From Octopus vulgaris (Eukaryota), in contig OX597832.1 in assembly GCA_951406725.2 (NCBI GenBank), positions 24,118,001-24,182,000 of the forward strand: DNA of 64,000 nucleotides. The letters are read 5' to 3'. Position 1 is the stretch's first letter, and the number at the start of each line of letters is the position of its first letter. The notes below the pieces were generated by a model, which searched no databases, was not told the DNA's origin, and worked only from the letters and a program-made list of their open reading frames with translations. Below are positions 35,143 through 47,845 of the stretch, in pieces. The position numbers and the translations under genes are program-made.

Positions 35143-36806
35143 ACATACACATGTGTATATAGCATATGCACATGTATACTCATTTATGTATACAGACATG
35201 AACATATACATGTATGGACATGTATGTTGATGAGTTAGCTGGTCAGGTTCCTGAAGTTGGTGTTAGAAATTGTGTCAGTCTTTTGTGTCACAGAATACCA
35301 AGAACTTTAATCCTTTTACACTCCTTGAGTCATAACCATAGCCATCACTGCTAGGTACACTGAAAAAGCCCTCATGGTGTTGCTTGATGTGTTTTATCAA
35401 AATCGTTGGCTTTGATAATGAAAAGCCACAAGGTGCCATTCTTGTTGGAATGTGGTGGCTTGTTTGCCATAAATTCCACTGGGAGCTGTGCCAACAGAGT
35501 ACAAGCTCCTGATTGGGCCTTCCCCTGCTGGACAGGTTGACAGGCCAAAGAATAAAGGCCAGATGACAATTAAAAATCAACAAGATCTGGAAGAGGGAGG
35601 CCACTGCCCTTCTGATAGCCCAGCTCAGTGTTAAGAACAGGAGAGAAAAGTCGTTGATGGCTTTTACTCGATAGAGAGTGGAGGGCTTGAGTAAGGAAAT
35701 AAGTTGGATCAAGTTGGCATCGTTCTTCACTGAAGCGGTTTATAGAAGGATCTTGTAAAGACAGTCCTTCTGCTTGTCTGCCGGTCTTGGCTGTGGAATA
35801 TTTGCAGAGATACACATCGACATCCTGTTGACCATTCGGAGATAAACGTCACTTACAAATTTAAGAACGAGGCTTTAGTAAACCTACAGGATGTCTTGAC
35901 TGGTTTCTAAAGTATTTCAAGGTTCTCATAGCGCCACACCTTTCCCCGCAATACACACACACACATGTCTGTGTGATCCACTTGTGAAAGCGTCGTCACA
36001 AATAAAACTACTTTGTAAACTGATAACGATGATAATAATAATCTCCAGTTGTGACAAACCTCTTGTGAATTGAAAGTGGGTGACATAAGACGAGCTACCT
36101 TATCTCTTCCTTTGCATCCTGTTACGGGAAGTGTTATTACTGCAATATAACACTTGCTTCGAGCCATTGCAGCCATTCCTGTACGAGGATGAATAGAGTT
36201 CCTATTTAGATCGGGCCCTGATCGAGCTGGCTATGATCAAAGACCATTGTCTTCTCTATGCAGACCTCATGTAAGTGTCTATGACTAATCAGTCCAGTGT
36301 GAGTGTGTCTGATTTATCTTTGATCTTTGGGGCCAAATGTCTCCAACTGTAGCTCCGAGCCAATGAAAGCCTTATGAGTATAATTTGGAAGACAGAAACT
36401 GAAAGAAGTACATCATGTAATCACAGAGGCAACGTGGTGGAGTTCCTTTCGAGCATTGGGCCTCACAGAAGCAAAGTGGCTGAGTTCCTTTCGGGTGTTG
36501 GGCCTCACAGAGATAACGACCGAGACCTTTAGGCTTAAGTTGTGCTTGAGAAGAAGACCCATCAAGCCTAGCAAAATTGCAGTTGTGGCAGATAACAGTG
36601 GCATGCAATTGGCACCTGTACCAGTGGCACATAAAAGGACCCTGGCATCACACAAGTGGCACGTAAAAGCACCCATTATACTCTTTGAGTGGTTGGCGTT
36701 AGGAAGGGCATCCAGCCGTAGAAAACCATGCCAAATCAGACTAGAGTCTGGTGCAGTCTTCCAGCGTGCCAGCTCAGTTAAATCGTCCAACATATACATA
36801 TAGACA

Positions 36807-36861
<55 letters not shown>

Positions 36862-36965
36862 ATATATGTATATATATGTGTGTGTGTGTATATATGTATA
36901 TATATATGTACATGTGTGTATATATATATATACATATGTATATATGTACATATGTATATACATAC

Positions 36966-36996
<31 letters not shown>

Positions 36997-37532
36997 TATA
37001 TACACGTGTGTGTATGTGAGATAATAGTTTCAGTATTAACAGTTTCATTATGCATCTAACATATCTTCTAATCTAATCTAATATATAAAATAGAGATGTG
37101 TGTGTATTCGCTTTTCACATGAAAACGGCTTCACCATATCCTTCCATACTTGCGATACATAAAGAATTTCATCTCGGACATATAATTGGGTCTTCGTTTG
37201 ATTTTTTTAAATTAAAAATAAAAGATATTGCTTTTATATTTATTCTTCACTTCTTCAAAACTGTTTAAATGCTCACATAAATTATACTTTTTTATTAAAA
37301 AAAAATTTCATTATATTTCTCATCAGTAAAATAGAAATTTATAAAAAAACAAACATTTCATAATCTTCCCGTTGTCTTCAAATTTTATTGGTATTTTGTT
37401 CATCTTCATTTGTTTTTATTGTGGTACAATTTTTTTTAGATTTAAATATTTTTTTCCTCTTTATATTTCGTATATGTTTCTTACATGGTTCTTTTAAATC
37501 TATATATGTATATATTTCTTTTTTCTTTGCAG

Positions 37533-37662
37533 AGCGTGGCATTTGTCTTCCCACGGTGTCTTTATGGTTAATATTTGTTTACATAGAGGCTTCTGTCAGA
37601 TTACGAGAATTAAAGAGTTTACCTTTCAATTTAGCCCTTTGTCGACCATTTGCAGCACACTG
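37533..37662 (+). CDS. MACO1: Macoilin coding exon C
   Basis: ttgcag|AG...CACTG|gtaac; (E)RGICLPTVSLWLIFVYIEASVRLRELKSLPFNLALCRPFAAH(C). Confidence 0.96.
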
Positions 37663-39019
37663 GTAACTATTCCCTTCAAATGTTCTCAACGTATCTGTCT
37701 GTCTGTCTGTTTGTCGATGTGTATGTGTGGTAAGTAGCTTGCTTACGAACCACATGGTTCCGGGTTCAGTCCCACTGCGTGGCACATTGGGCAAGTGTCT
37801 TCTACTATAGCACTGGGCCGACCAAAGCATTGTGAGTGGATTTGGTAGATGGAAACTGAAAGAAGCCCGTCGTATATATGGATATGTATATATATATATT
37901 TTCTTTTCTCTGAAGCCTTTGCATATCCTATGCAGTCACAGCCCATGTTTCACTGCCATGTAGCGTGGCTGCTTGAACACAGGCATCATACAATCAGCCC
38001 TTTCAGTCAGAGGGGAGAGGCCCTTTGTTACCAACAAAGATAGAAACTCTCTGAACTTTTCCCAGCCTCTTTTTAATGGATATAAAATTAGCAGTTGTTA
38101 AGATTTGAACTATAAACCTGCCTGGTCCACCTCGTTACATTATGTCTCAGCTTGTATGAGGGGACATAAGCCAGTACGACTGGGAAAAAACCCTGAACCC
38201 TAATCGAGATTATTTCATTATGTTCAGAACAGATTTAAACTGTCACCAGGTAGAGAGGGATCCAGCTTTGATGGCTAATTTTTCTACTGGTGATGTCATG
38301 ATGATATATTCTTGTTAAAAAAGGAAAAGTAAAAATGGTCAGTAAAGACTCGTGTAAAGTTTGTCATGAAATACTTATAAGTGTGTATCGTGTGTGCTTG
38401 GTCTTGTAATAAACGCAGGATCCAAAACAGCTGGAATGTTCTTTGGTAATCCCATCTGTCTTATGTGAAAAATTTATGTAACATGAGTTCATGACAGGAT
38501 ATAATCACTTATATATAAATGTGTGTGGATGTGTGTGTGTGTGTACGCGTGCATAATTTAAACAAAAATTAACTAAGAGAAATAACTTAGTTATCATCAT
38601 CATCATCTAACATGTTCTTATGGGTTGCTGTTTCATAGTAATTGGCCAGTCAGAAGACCAGACTCTGCTGTCTGCTTTGACATGGTTTCTTTGGCTGAAT
38701 GCCCTTCGTAATGCCAATGATGTCACAGAGCCAATGACAAACGATCGAGACCTCTGGCAATATCCTGTGCTTCAGAAGAAGAAGATCAATCGAGCCTAGT
38801 GGAATCATAGTTGTGTAAGATATTGGTCTCCTGCAAACTGACACCCATGCTGGTGGTATGTAAAAGCACTCCTTACATTCTTGGAGTGCTTGGTGTTAGG
38901 AAGGGCATCCATCCATAGAAAACCATGCCAAATCAGACAGGGGTCTGGTGCAGCCCCTCAGCTTACCAGCCCTTGTGAAACTGTCCGACCCATGCCTGCA
39001 TGGATAACAGATGCTAAAC

Positions 39020-39415
39020 GTTAGCATGTCGGGCGAAATGCTTAGCGGTGTTTTGTCTGCTGCTACGTTCTGAGTTCAAATTCCACTGAGGTCGACTTAG
39101 CCTTTCATCCTTTCAGGGTCAATTAAATAAGTACCAGTTACGCACTGGGGTCGATATAATCGACTTAATCCCTCTGTCTGTCTTTGTTTGTCCCCTCTGT
39201 GTTTAGCCCCTTGTGGGTAGTAAAGAAATAGGTATTTCGTCTGCCGTTACGTTCTGAGTTCAAAATCCGCCATGGTCGACTTAGCATTTCATCCTTTCGG
39301 GGTCGATTAAATAAGTACCAGTTACGCACTGAGGTCTTTATAATCGACTTAATCCATTTGTCTGTCCTTGTTTGTCCTCTCTGTGTTTAGCTCCTTGTGG
39401 ACAATAAAGAAATAA
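39020..39415 (+). mobile_element. SINE family B, two-body copy
   Basis: Partial head + body, junction aaagaaata|ggtatttcgtc at ~39230, then a second body. Confidence 0.85.
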
Positions 39416-39578
39416 GTTGCTAAATGATGATGATATACACACACACAAATTAATTGCAGCTAATTAACATTTTAACATGACAGTTACTATATATGAGATC
39501 TTCTAGTAATTTCTAATGTCTGTTTACTATTCCCTGTGTGGAAATTGACACACTCTCTCTCTTCTTACTCCCTTTCAG

Positions 39579-39645
39579 CATAGGATACCCAGTTGTCACT
39601 TTAGGATTTGGTTTTAAAAGTTACATTTCATACAGAATGAGATTG
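39579..39645 (+). CDS. MACO1: Macoilin coding exon D
   Basis: ctttcag|C...TTG|gtaagt; IGYPVVTLGFGFKSYISYRMRL. Confidence 0.95.
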
Positions 39646-39918
39646 GTAAGTTATTCAAATTATATTTTCTCTTTTGCAATCAAACACAAATTCTATGTTC
39701 GTTGTATACATTATGTAATGTAGATTTTTATATACAGGGTGTGAAGTATTTGAGGACATGTTTCGTAATTTAAGAAAACAACTCTAATATTGATATATTT
39801 AGCATTGCCCAGTGAGGTTTGAAATAAAAGATTTTCTATCTAACGACTTATATTAATTTCCTTGTATATTTTTAATTCAATTTTTCTTTTTTTTTTTTCT
39901 GTTTTTCTATTTATTTAG

Positions 39919-40021
39919 CGTAAACAAAAAGAAGTTCAAAAAGCAAATGAATTTTATATATTACTTTTACTGAAAGCTTTACCGCCTGATATTCAGAATT
40001 CTTATTCAGAAAAACAGCGAG
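39919..40021 (+). CDS. MACO1: Macoilin coding exon E
   Basis: tatttag|CGT...CGAG|gtaag; RKQKEVQKANEFYILLLLKALPPDIQNSYSEKQR, continuing the conserved macoilin RKQKEVQKENEFY motif. Not in the ORF track. Confidence 0.94.
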
Positions 40022-40084
40022 GTAAGACCCACCACCAAAAAACATCTTTGGCTCCTCTACTTTTCTATAACCACACTATTATCT

Positions 40085-40966
40085 ATTATGGTTGTTTTTC
40101 TTCTGGTGCTGACTTAAGCCACTCAAGCTTCTCACGGTAGATCTCATTTGTTATCATTTGGTTTGCGTTTAAAAGTTCAAAGTAGAATAAACCTTTCATA
40201 TCCCACCAAACAGATAACAACACCTTACTTGCGTGAACACCTTCTTTAGCCTGGGGTGTGGGTGTTTCTCTTTTCCCTGCCCACTGTCTTCGGTGCTTGA
40301 CATTTTTATAGAGAACCCATTTCTTGTCAACAGTCACTATTTGGTCCAAAAAAAGGTTCATTTGTGAGACGTGACAGCAAAGAAGAGCACACATTCACTT
40401 TCTGTGCATAATTAGCCTTGGAAAGTTTGTGAGAAACTCATTTTGCTGACTTTTCCAATGGCATGCAGGTGTCAGTGAATGGGTGAATGGCCAAATCCAA
40501 GCTTTTCTGCTAGATCTTCAACTGTTACAATGGGATTTTGTTCCACCAGGCTTTGCAGGACGTCCTCATCGAGCTCTACAGATCTTCCAGGCTGAGGCTC
40601 GTCTTCTTGGCTGCAGTTTCTGGCTCGGAATTTCTAGAATCACCGTTGACACTGGCTTATGCATTCTGTTCAATCCCCATATATATTACATTAATATTCC
40701 TTGCACTTTCTATTGCATTGTTGCCTTTATTGAACTCATAAAGCAAAATATGCCAAATATGCTCCTTTGTTACTGCCATTATAGTTTTGAAAAAAGTAAC
40801 TCTTAAAATCCAACTGCACTCTTCAAAACTTGCACTAAGAATAAGCACAAAGGTAAAATTACTACCTGCTTTTATAGCAAGTTAATGCAGGTAGTTTATC
40901 CTGTCCTCCTCCGACTTTTAGTTCATGCAATTGAAAAAACCGCATTATTTATGGCATGATGCAATA
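40085..40966 (-). pseudogene. Mariner transposase relic with one TIR
   Basis: KEHIWHILLYEFNKGNNAIESARNINVIY (HTH) and FLDQIVTVDKKWVLYKN...KVLLSVWWDMKGLFYFELL (mariner catalytic region); frameshifted and 3'-truncated; TIR-like tattgcatcatgccataaataatgcg near 40941-40966. Confidence 0.88.
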
Positions 40967-41743
40967 TATATATATGTATATTCATATACAAAATATACAC
41001 AGTAGTAAAAGAAATAGTTTTGCAGTGAAAAACAAAATTATTTTGAGAGGTATGGGAGATAACTTCGGATACTATTCAATCTACTGCAAACTATGGACTT
41101 GACCATTTTTGCTGAATGATGATGGGAGAATCACTAAGCAAATGCACAGAACTGTGCACTGATGTTTTACTGAAGATGGTCAAGTAATACCAAGTCATCA
41201 TGAGTTGCCTCCCTTCTTGAACTCAAATTATTTCTTTCTTCATTATTAATGTCGTTTTAGCGTCCACTTGCACGATTCAAACGGAACTCATTGACCTGAT
41301 GCCTTTTCTGTCGCCAACTCTCGCTTGTTTCCAAGCCCGGTAATACTTCCTCGTGACCAGGACCGGCCTTAGTATTGCTGGCGCTCCCTAGCATGTGGTG
41401 CCTGAGTTGTCAATACCTTGAGCCAACCCTGTTTATGACCAGACATGTTTTCATGGAAGATTGGAAACAAGTGACACGGCATGTATGACAGTGTGATACA
41501 AACTCATTTAAAGCTATCAAATGGTGTCAAGAATACGGGATACAAACACACACACACTCTACATATGTAAATTCGTATACAATCAGATTCTGTCAGTCTC
41601 CCCAAATCCATTCACAGGCATTTGGTTGGCCTGGGCTATGTCAGAAGACACTTGCCCCAAAATGCTACACAGTTGAACTGAATACATCACATAATTCTTC
41701 CTTCCTCTTGAAGTGTAGGACATCGTTCCAAGTGAGAAGAACC

Positions 41744-43200
41744 GGATCTTTACTTTTTGACCGACAGATTTAAAAAATAATTTTTTGTAACTAAACACTT
41801 TCAAACTTCAGCCACTGGTAGAATGTGTCATATAAAACATCTTTTACCCTTAGCATTATTGAGAAAAACTTATATTTACGAAGTAATTTCTTGTTAAAGT
41901 TCTCGTATTTCGGTAATTTCAACCAATCAATGACGTGTATTCCGGCGGTGTATTTTTCGTTTGTTACTGTTATTTATGACAATCCTAACCCTAAAACCTA
42001 TGTTTTTATTACCCACAAGGGGCTAAACATAGAGGGGACAAACAAGGACATACATAGGTATTAAGTCGATTACATCAACCCCAGTGCATAACTGGTACTT
42101 AATTTATCGACCCTGAAAGGATGAAAGGCAAAGTTGACCTCGGCGGAATTTGAACTCACAACGTAACAGCAGACGAAATACTAACCCTAAAACCTTAAAG
42201 CTAAAACCAGTACAAATGCACAAACGATGTCATAAACAACAGTAACAAACGAAAAATACACCACCAATAGTTGTTGTTGACAAACAACGGCAGTAATTTT
42301 ATTCAGCTGAATACACGTCATTGATTGGTTGAAATTACCAAAATAGGACTACTTTAACGTGAAATTACTTTGTAAATCTCCATGTGTCTAACACACGTGG
42401 ACATGCCTACAAAGTCAGAAAACAATACAGCTCCCATGACTTTCGGAAACATTTTTTCACGCTCAGAGTTGCTGAAGCATGGAATAAACTGCCTGCGTCA
42501 GTTGTTGACTGCCATGACACTGCATCTTTTAAGGCCCTCATGCTTTCCGAAATCCGCCGAAACTTCACCTGATTATATATACACTTTAGATGAGTTGTAG
42601 TGCACCTGAGCACTGTACACAATTATTATTATTATTATTATTATTTTAAATATAAGTTTTTATCAAAAATGCTAAGAGTAAAACATGTTTTATATGATAC
42701 ATTCTACCAGTGTCTGAAGTTTGAAAATGTTTAGTTACAAAAAAATTTATTTTGAGATGCTCTGTGTTTCTTTCAATTAACTTTAAATATAACAAAGAAT
42801 TTAGTAAAACAACTTAGTTATCATTAGGCTAGTGGTAGGAACATAAATTGTGACTAAGGTTTGGTGGAAGATTTTGACTGAAAACTTATGAAAACAAGAC
42901 ATTCGTACTCAGAGCCAGAGCCAGATTGGTAACAAAAGGGTTAAAAATATCATGAGACTTTAAATTCGTTGACAAACAACGGCAGTAATTTTATTCAGCT
43001 GAATACACGTCATTGATTGGTTGAAATTACCAAAATAGGACTACTTTAACGTGAAATTAACTTTGTAAATATAAGTTTTTATCAAAAATGCTAAGAGTAA
43101 AAACATGTTTCTATATGATACATTCTACCAGTGTCCGAAGTTTTAGCCAGGGTGGTAACGAAAAAATTATTTAAATCTGTAGGTCAAAAGGTAAAGATCC
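41744..43200. mobile_element. Long-TIR non-autonomous DNA transposon with 8-bp TSD and nested insertions
   Basis: TIRs ggatctttactttttgacc / ggtcaaaaggtaaagatcc extending imperfectly for ~200 bp; TSD GAAGAACC at 41736-41743 and 43201-43208. Confidence 0.85.
42378..42646 (+). mobile_element. CR1/L2-type LINE 3' end
   Basis: SNTRGHAYKV...RKHFFTLRVAEAWNKLPASVV (TRGH...FF..RV...WN.LP motif), (ATT)n tail, apparent taaat duplication; a related copy lies at 61290-61678. Confidence 0.85.
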
Positions 43201-43260
43201 GAAGAACCTAATAATATTCTGTTGCTAACTCTGTTGTTTTGTCTGTCTCTGTTGTTGCAG

Positions 43261-43618
43261 CTCTTTCTTCTAAAACAGACGAAGAAGTTATTTCAAATGG
43301 AGTTTCCGGAAAGAAATCTCATAAAACAGATAACGAGGACAAAGATAAAGCGAAACATTTAACGAAAAACACAGACGACGACGACGAAGAAGAATATGAT
43401 TTTATAGAACAGCCTTTATCCAAAAAATCTAATGTAAATGACTATGATGAAAACACAGAAAATGATCACCATACCAAATCGTACAAATCTAACACAGTTT
43501 CGAAATCACAAGGTAACAAACTAAACAGTAACAAGGAGAATAATTCAAAGAAAGGTAAAAATTACAATAAAGACATTTCTCCGACATTTAACAACAACAA
43601 AGATGAAGTAATAAACAG
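43261..43618 (+). CDS. MACO1: Macoilin coding exon F (low-complexity acidic/basic linker)
   Basis: gttgcag|CT...AACAG|gtgagt; open frame LSSKTDEEVISNG...NNNKDEVIN(R); phases match both flanking exons. Confidence 0.9.
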
Positions 43619-44468
43619 GTGAGTTTTCGTTTGTTTTTTTGTTTTTTTTTTGTAGTTTTTTTTCTTTCTTTCTTTTTTTTTTGTTTCTTGATGTCATGTG
43701 ATGGTTGTAGGTAAATGTCACCCTTGTACATCATCATCATCATCATCATCATCATCGTTTAACGTCCGCTTTCCATGCTAGCATGGGTTGGACGGTTTTG
43801 ACAGAGGGCTGCCGAACCAGATGGCTGCAACTAGGCTCCAGTCTGATCTGGCAGAGTTTCTACAGCTGGATGCCCTTCCTGACTCCAACCACTCCGAGAG
43901 TGTAGTGGGTGCTTTTTACGTGCCACTAGCATGGGGGGGCCAGTCAGGCGGTACTGGCAACGACCTTGCTCGAATCTTGTTGACTAATAATGTTATTTGT
44001 TTCTTGTCTTCCATTGGTAAAAATATTACCTTACTTGGAAAGACATGAGGGTTGACAGCAGGAAGGGCATTTAGCTGAAGAAAAAATCTACCTTGACAAA
44101 TTCCATTTGTGTCATGCGCACGTGGAAATGTGGATGTTAAACTAATGGTGATGATGATGATGATTGATTGATGGTGGGGTGGGGGCCATCTGGCTGTAGA
44201 AAACCTGCCCCAACAGATTCCATTTGACCCCTGTACACATAGAAATGTGGCTATTACACTGATGATGCGGGTATGCAAGTATATATTTATATATATATAT
44301 CATCATCATCATCATCATCATCGTTTAGCGTCCGCTTTCCATGCTAGCATGGGTTGGACGGTTCAACTGGGGTCTGTGAAGCCGGAAGGCTTCATCAGGC
44401 CCAGTCAGATCTGGCAGTGTTTCTACGGCTGGATGCCCTTCCTAACGCCTTCCTAACGCCTTCCTAAC

Positions 44469-44511
<43 letters not shown>

Positions 44512-44516
<5 letters not shown>

Positions 44517-44744
44517 AGGGACTAAAGCCATCTGAATATGGCTAGGGACAGGGCAGGGTGGTGGGGGTGTTACTGTTGCATTTAGCCCCAGGCGAACATC
44601 GACGTCGCCAGATAGGCCCGACACCGTCACGGTGTCGGGCCTATCTGGCGACGTCGATGTTCGCCTGGGGCTAAATGCAACAGTAACACCCCCACCACCC
44701 TGCCCTGTCCCTAGCCATATTCAGATGGCTTTAGTCCCTTATGT
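44512..44744. repeat. Perfect palindrome, 116-bp arms with a 1-nt spacer
   Basis: Centre c44628: ...ggcccgacaccgt-c-acggtgtcgggcc...; I saw no mismatch out to 44512/44744. Confidence 0.95.
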
Positions 44745-45453
44745 TATCGAGCAGTTACTGTCTATATCTCTTTTAGAGAATTATTATTGCTATATATATA
44801 TATATTTATATATATATCATCATCATCATCATCATCGTTTAACGTCTGCTTTCCATGCTAGCATGGGTTGGACGGAAAATATATTGCGCCCACACATACA
44901 CACACACATGTGGTAGGCTTCTTTTAGTTTCCTTCAGCTGAATCCATTCACATGGCTTTGCCCAGCCAGTGCTTGAACCTGAAACCAGATTGCTGGAAAA
45001 CAAACTACACAACCACGCAGCCATGTCATTGTATTGCCCAGTGTGTAGTGCCTTCCTTTATTTTTCTTTGAAGACAGTTTGATAGAGATTTGGCTGCTAT
45101 GTTTTCCATATCGTGTGACCATGTCATGGCTTACTCAGTGTATTATGTTACTGGGGGGCCCCTTATATATTGATAGGTAAATGTAGACTTGGAAATAAGG
45201 GGATGTTTAATGGTGCACTCTGTTTGGCTGTGTGGTTAAGAACAAATATGCTAGTCGCTGTTGTTTATGTCACAGGAGACAAAAAAACTCCTCCCTTTTT
45301 GCAACAACAATGTATTCATAACATATTTGGCTCAAAATATCTTGCTATTTCATCTAGTTTCAGCTCACGAGCTGTGGCCATGCTGGGGCACCGCTACTTT
45401 GCTCTGCTATTGAATATTTGGCTTCATGTTTGTCTTTTTTTCTTTAATTTCAG

Positions 45454-45612
45454 ATTAGAGAATGATGTAAAACGCTTGAAAGCAGATCTTCAGTCTAGTC
45501 GTAATTCCGAACAAGAGTTACGGTCACAAATCACAAATATGTCCCTGTCAGACAAATCCATGCGGTCAGAATTATATCAACTACAGCAAGACAATGAAAA
45601 TTTACAGAACAA
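45454..45612 (+). CDS. MACO1: Macoilin coding exon G (start of coiled coil)
   Basis: tttcag|A...AACAA|gtgagt; (R)LENDVKRLKADLQSSRNSEQELRSQITNMSLSDKSMRSELYQLQQDNENLQN(K). Confidence 0.95.
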
Positions 45613-45669
45613 GTGAGTAGGGCCCAGCACCAGGCTAAATGTTTAGGGTTGGTTCACTGGGGTTGTTGT

Positions 45670-46000
45670 TTCATCACCATCATCATCATAATAATCATCA
45701 TTGCCACCATCATCACCACCACCACCATCATCATCATCATAATCATCATTGCCACCATCATCATCATCATCATCATAATACTCATCATAGTCACCATAAT
45801 CACCACCACCATCATCATCCCTATCATCATCATCATCCCCATCAACAACACCATTATCATTATCATCACCATCATCACCACTATCATTCATGATTACCAT
45901 CCAGCATCATCATCACTATCAGCATCATTGTTACCGTCTTCATCACAACCATCATCATCATCATCACATCACTACCACCACCATCATTATCAGCATCAAC
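45670..46000. repeat. (CAT/CAC)n low-complexity microsatellite
   Basis: Seen directly. Confidence 0.9.
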
Positions 46001-47135
46001 AGCAATGTTTTTTTTTTTTATATATTGTCTGTTTTGCCATGCTGGCATGGGTTAGACAAGGCCTGTCCAGAGAGATTTTCTGTGACTGAATATGCTTGCT
46101 TGGTGCCGGATCCTTACTTTATTTTCCAGGTAAGGTAATTAGCAAAGCACTGGCCGTCTCATGTTGGAACCCCATCAGAGCCACCAGATCATTATCATCA
46201 GCATCAGTGCTCTATGATTAAATAGTGTTGAGAAAGGCACAGAAACCAGACAGGACACACACACACACACCTCTGTATGCATACACACTCACATAGCCTT
46301 GTATACATACATGCATACTCTTGTATACATGCACACAGACACACTCCTGTATATGTGCATCTGTACACACACGCACACACATTCACAGGGGTGCCCCTGT
46401 TTACACAAACACACACCCCTATATGCATACACATACATTGTCATATATGTACGCACACACATTCACAGGGGCGCCCCTGTTTACATACACACACACACCC
46501 CTATATGCATACACACACATTGTCATATACATACACACACACACATAGATGCATCCCTGTATCCATACACACATACATGCATACTCTTGTATACATGCAC
46601 ACAGACACACTCCTGTATTTGTGCATGTACATACCCACACGTACATACACAGGGACGCTCCTGTTTACATACACACACACAGACACATCCCTCTATCCAT
46701 ACATACATACATACATGCACTCACAGACATGCACACAGCTTCTGCACAGTTTCCATCTACCAATTCCACTCACAAAGCATTGGTTTCATCACATCTTAAC
46801 TTTATTGGAGGACATAAGGTCCACCACCAGATGGATAACCATTCCAACCATGACCCTCTCTGTGAGGACATGCCTAACTCGTAAATGCTGGGCACAAATA
46901 TTTCAGATTGAAAGTTAATGAGAGGAGCCACGAATATAGTAGTAGTTGTTGTTGTTACTGTTGCTGTTGCTTGATTAAAAACCTATGACTAAAAGCATTC
47001 TGGCCATGACCATCATGTCTTTTAAGAGGTATCTTGGATTCCATTATTTCGTCCATCATTTTTTCAGTTAGAAAAATTGTCGATGAGATGTCCATGTATG
47101 AATAACTTTTGGTTTTCTTTCTGTTAATTCTTCAG

Positions 47136-47312
47136 ACTACACAATCTGGTGACCTGCAGACAACAAGACAAACAGAATCTCTCTATCTTGGAGCGTAAAC
47201 TACAAGAAGAGCGCAAAGGAAAATGTGTAATAGAGCAGCAGCTGGCTTCTGAACGGAAGGCTAAAAAAGCCGAAGAGTCTGCGACCAGAGCTGTTTTATT
47301 GGCTGCTGCAAG
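47136..47312 (+). CDS. MACO1: Macoilin coding exon H (coiled coil)
   Basis: cttcag|A...GCAAG|gtgctg; LHNLVTCRQQDKQNLSILERKLQEERKGKCVIEQQLASERKAKKAEESATRAVLLAAA(R). Not in the ORF track. Confidence 0.92.
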
Positions 47313-47409
47313 GTGCTGTTATTAACCCAGCTTTCTTTCTTTCTTTCTTTTAAACATCTTTATGTCTTTAGTCCTTTTGATACCAACCCTTCTGAGACTG
47401 CCCCCTGCT

Positions 47410-47845
47410 TCATCATCATCATCATCATCGTTTAACATCCGCTTTCCATGCTAGCACGGGTTGGACGGTTGTGACTGGGGTCTGGGAAGCCCGAAGGCTG
47501 CACCAGGCTCCAGTCTGATCTGGCGGTGTTTCTACAGCTGGATGCCCTTCCTAATGCCAACCACTCCGTGAGTGTAGTGGGTGCTTTTTATGTGCCACCG
47601 ACACAGGTGCCAGACGAGGCTGGTGAACGGCCACGCTCGGATGGTGCTTTTTACGTGCCACCGGCATGGAGGCCTGGCGAGGCTGGCACGGCCACGATCG
47701 GATGGTGTTTGTTACGTGCCACCAGCACAGAGGCCAGTCGATGCGGTGCTGGCTACGGCCACGTTCGGATGGTTCTCTTACGTGCCACTGGCACTGGTAC
47801 CACAACTACAAATTCCATTGATGTTGATCGATTTCGATTTTGATT
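47410..47845 (-). mobile_element. RTE 3'-end copy
   Basis: (CAT)n, gtttaacatccg and gtgccaccggc modules. Confidence 0.8.

Noticed and set aside
41985-42210. Interstitial telomere
   Set aside because: Only one or two degenerate CCCTAA units, internal to a transposon.
46204-46918. His/Thr/Tyr-rich ORFs (also 18105-18424, 36751-37059, 47806-48235)
   Set aside because: Degenerate (CA)n/(TA)n repeats.
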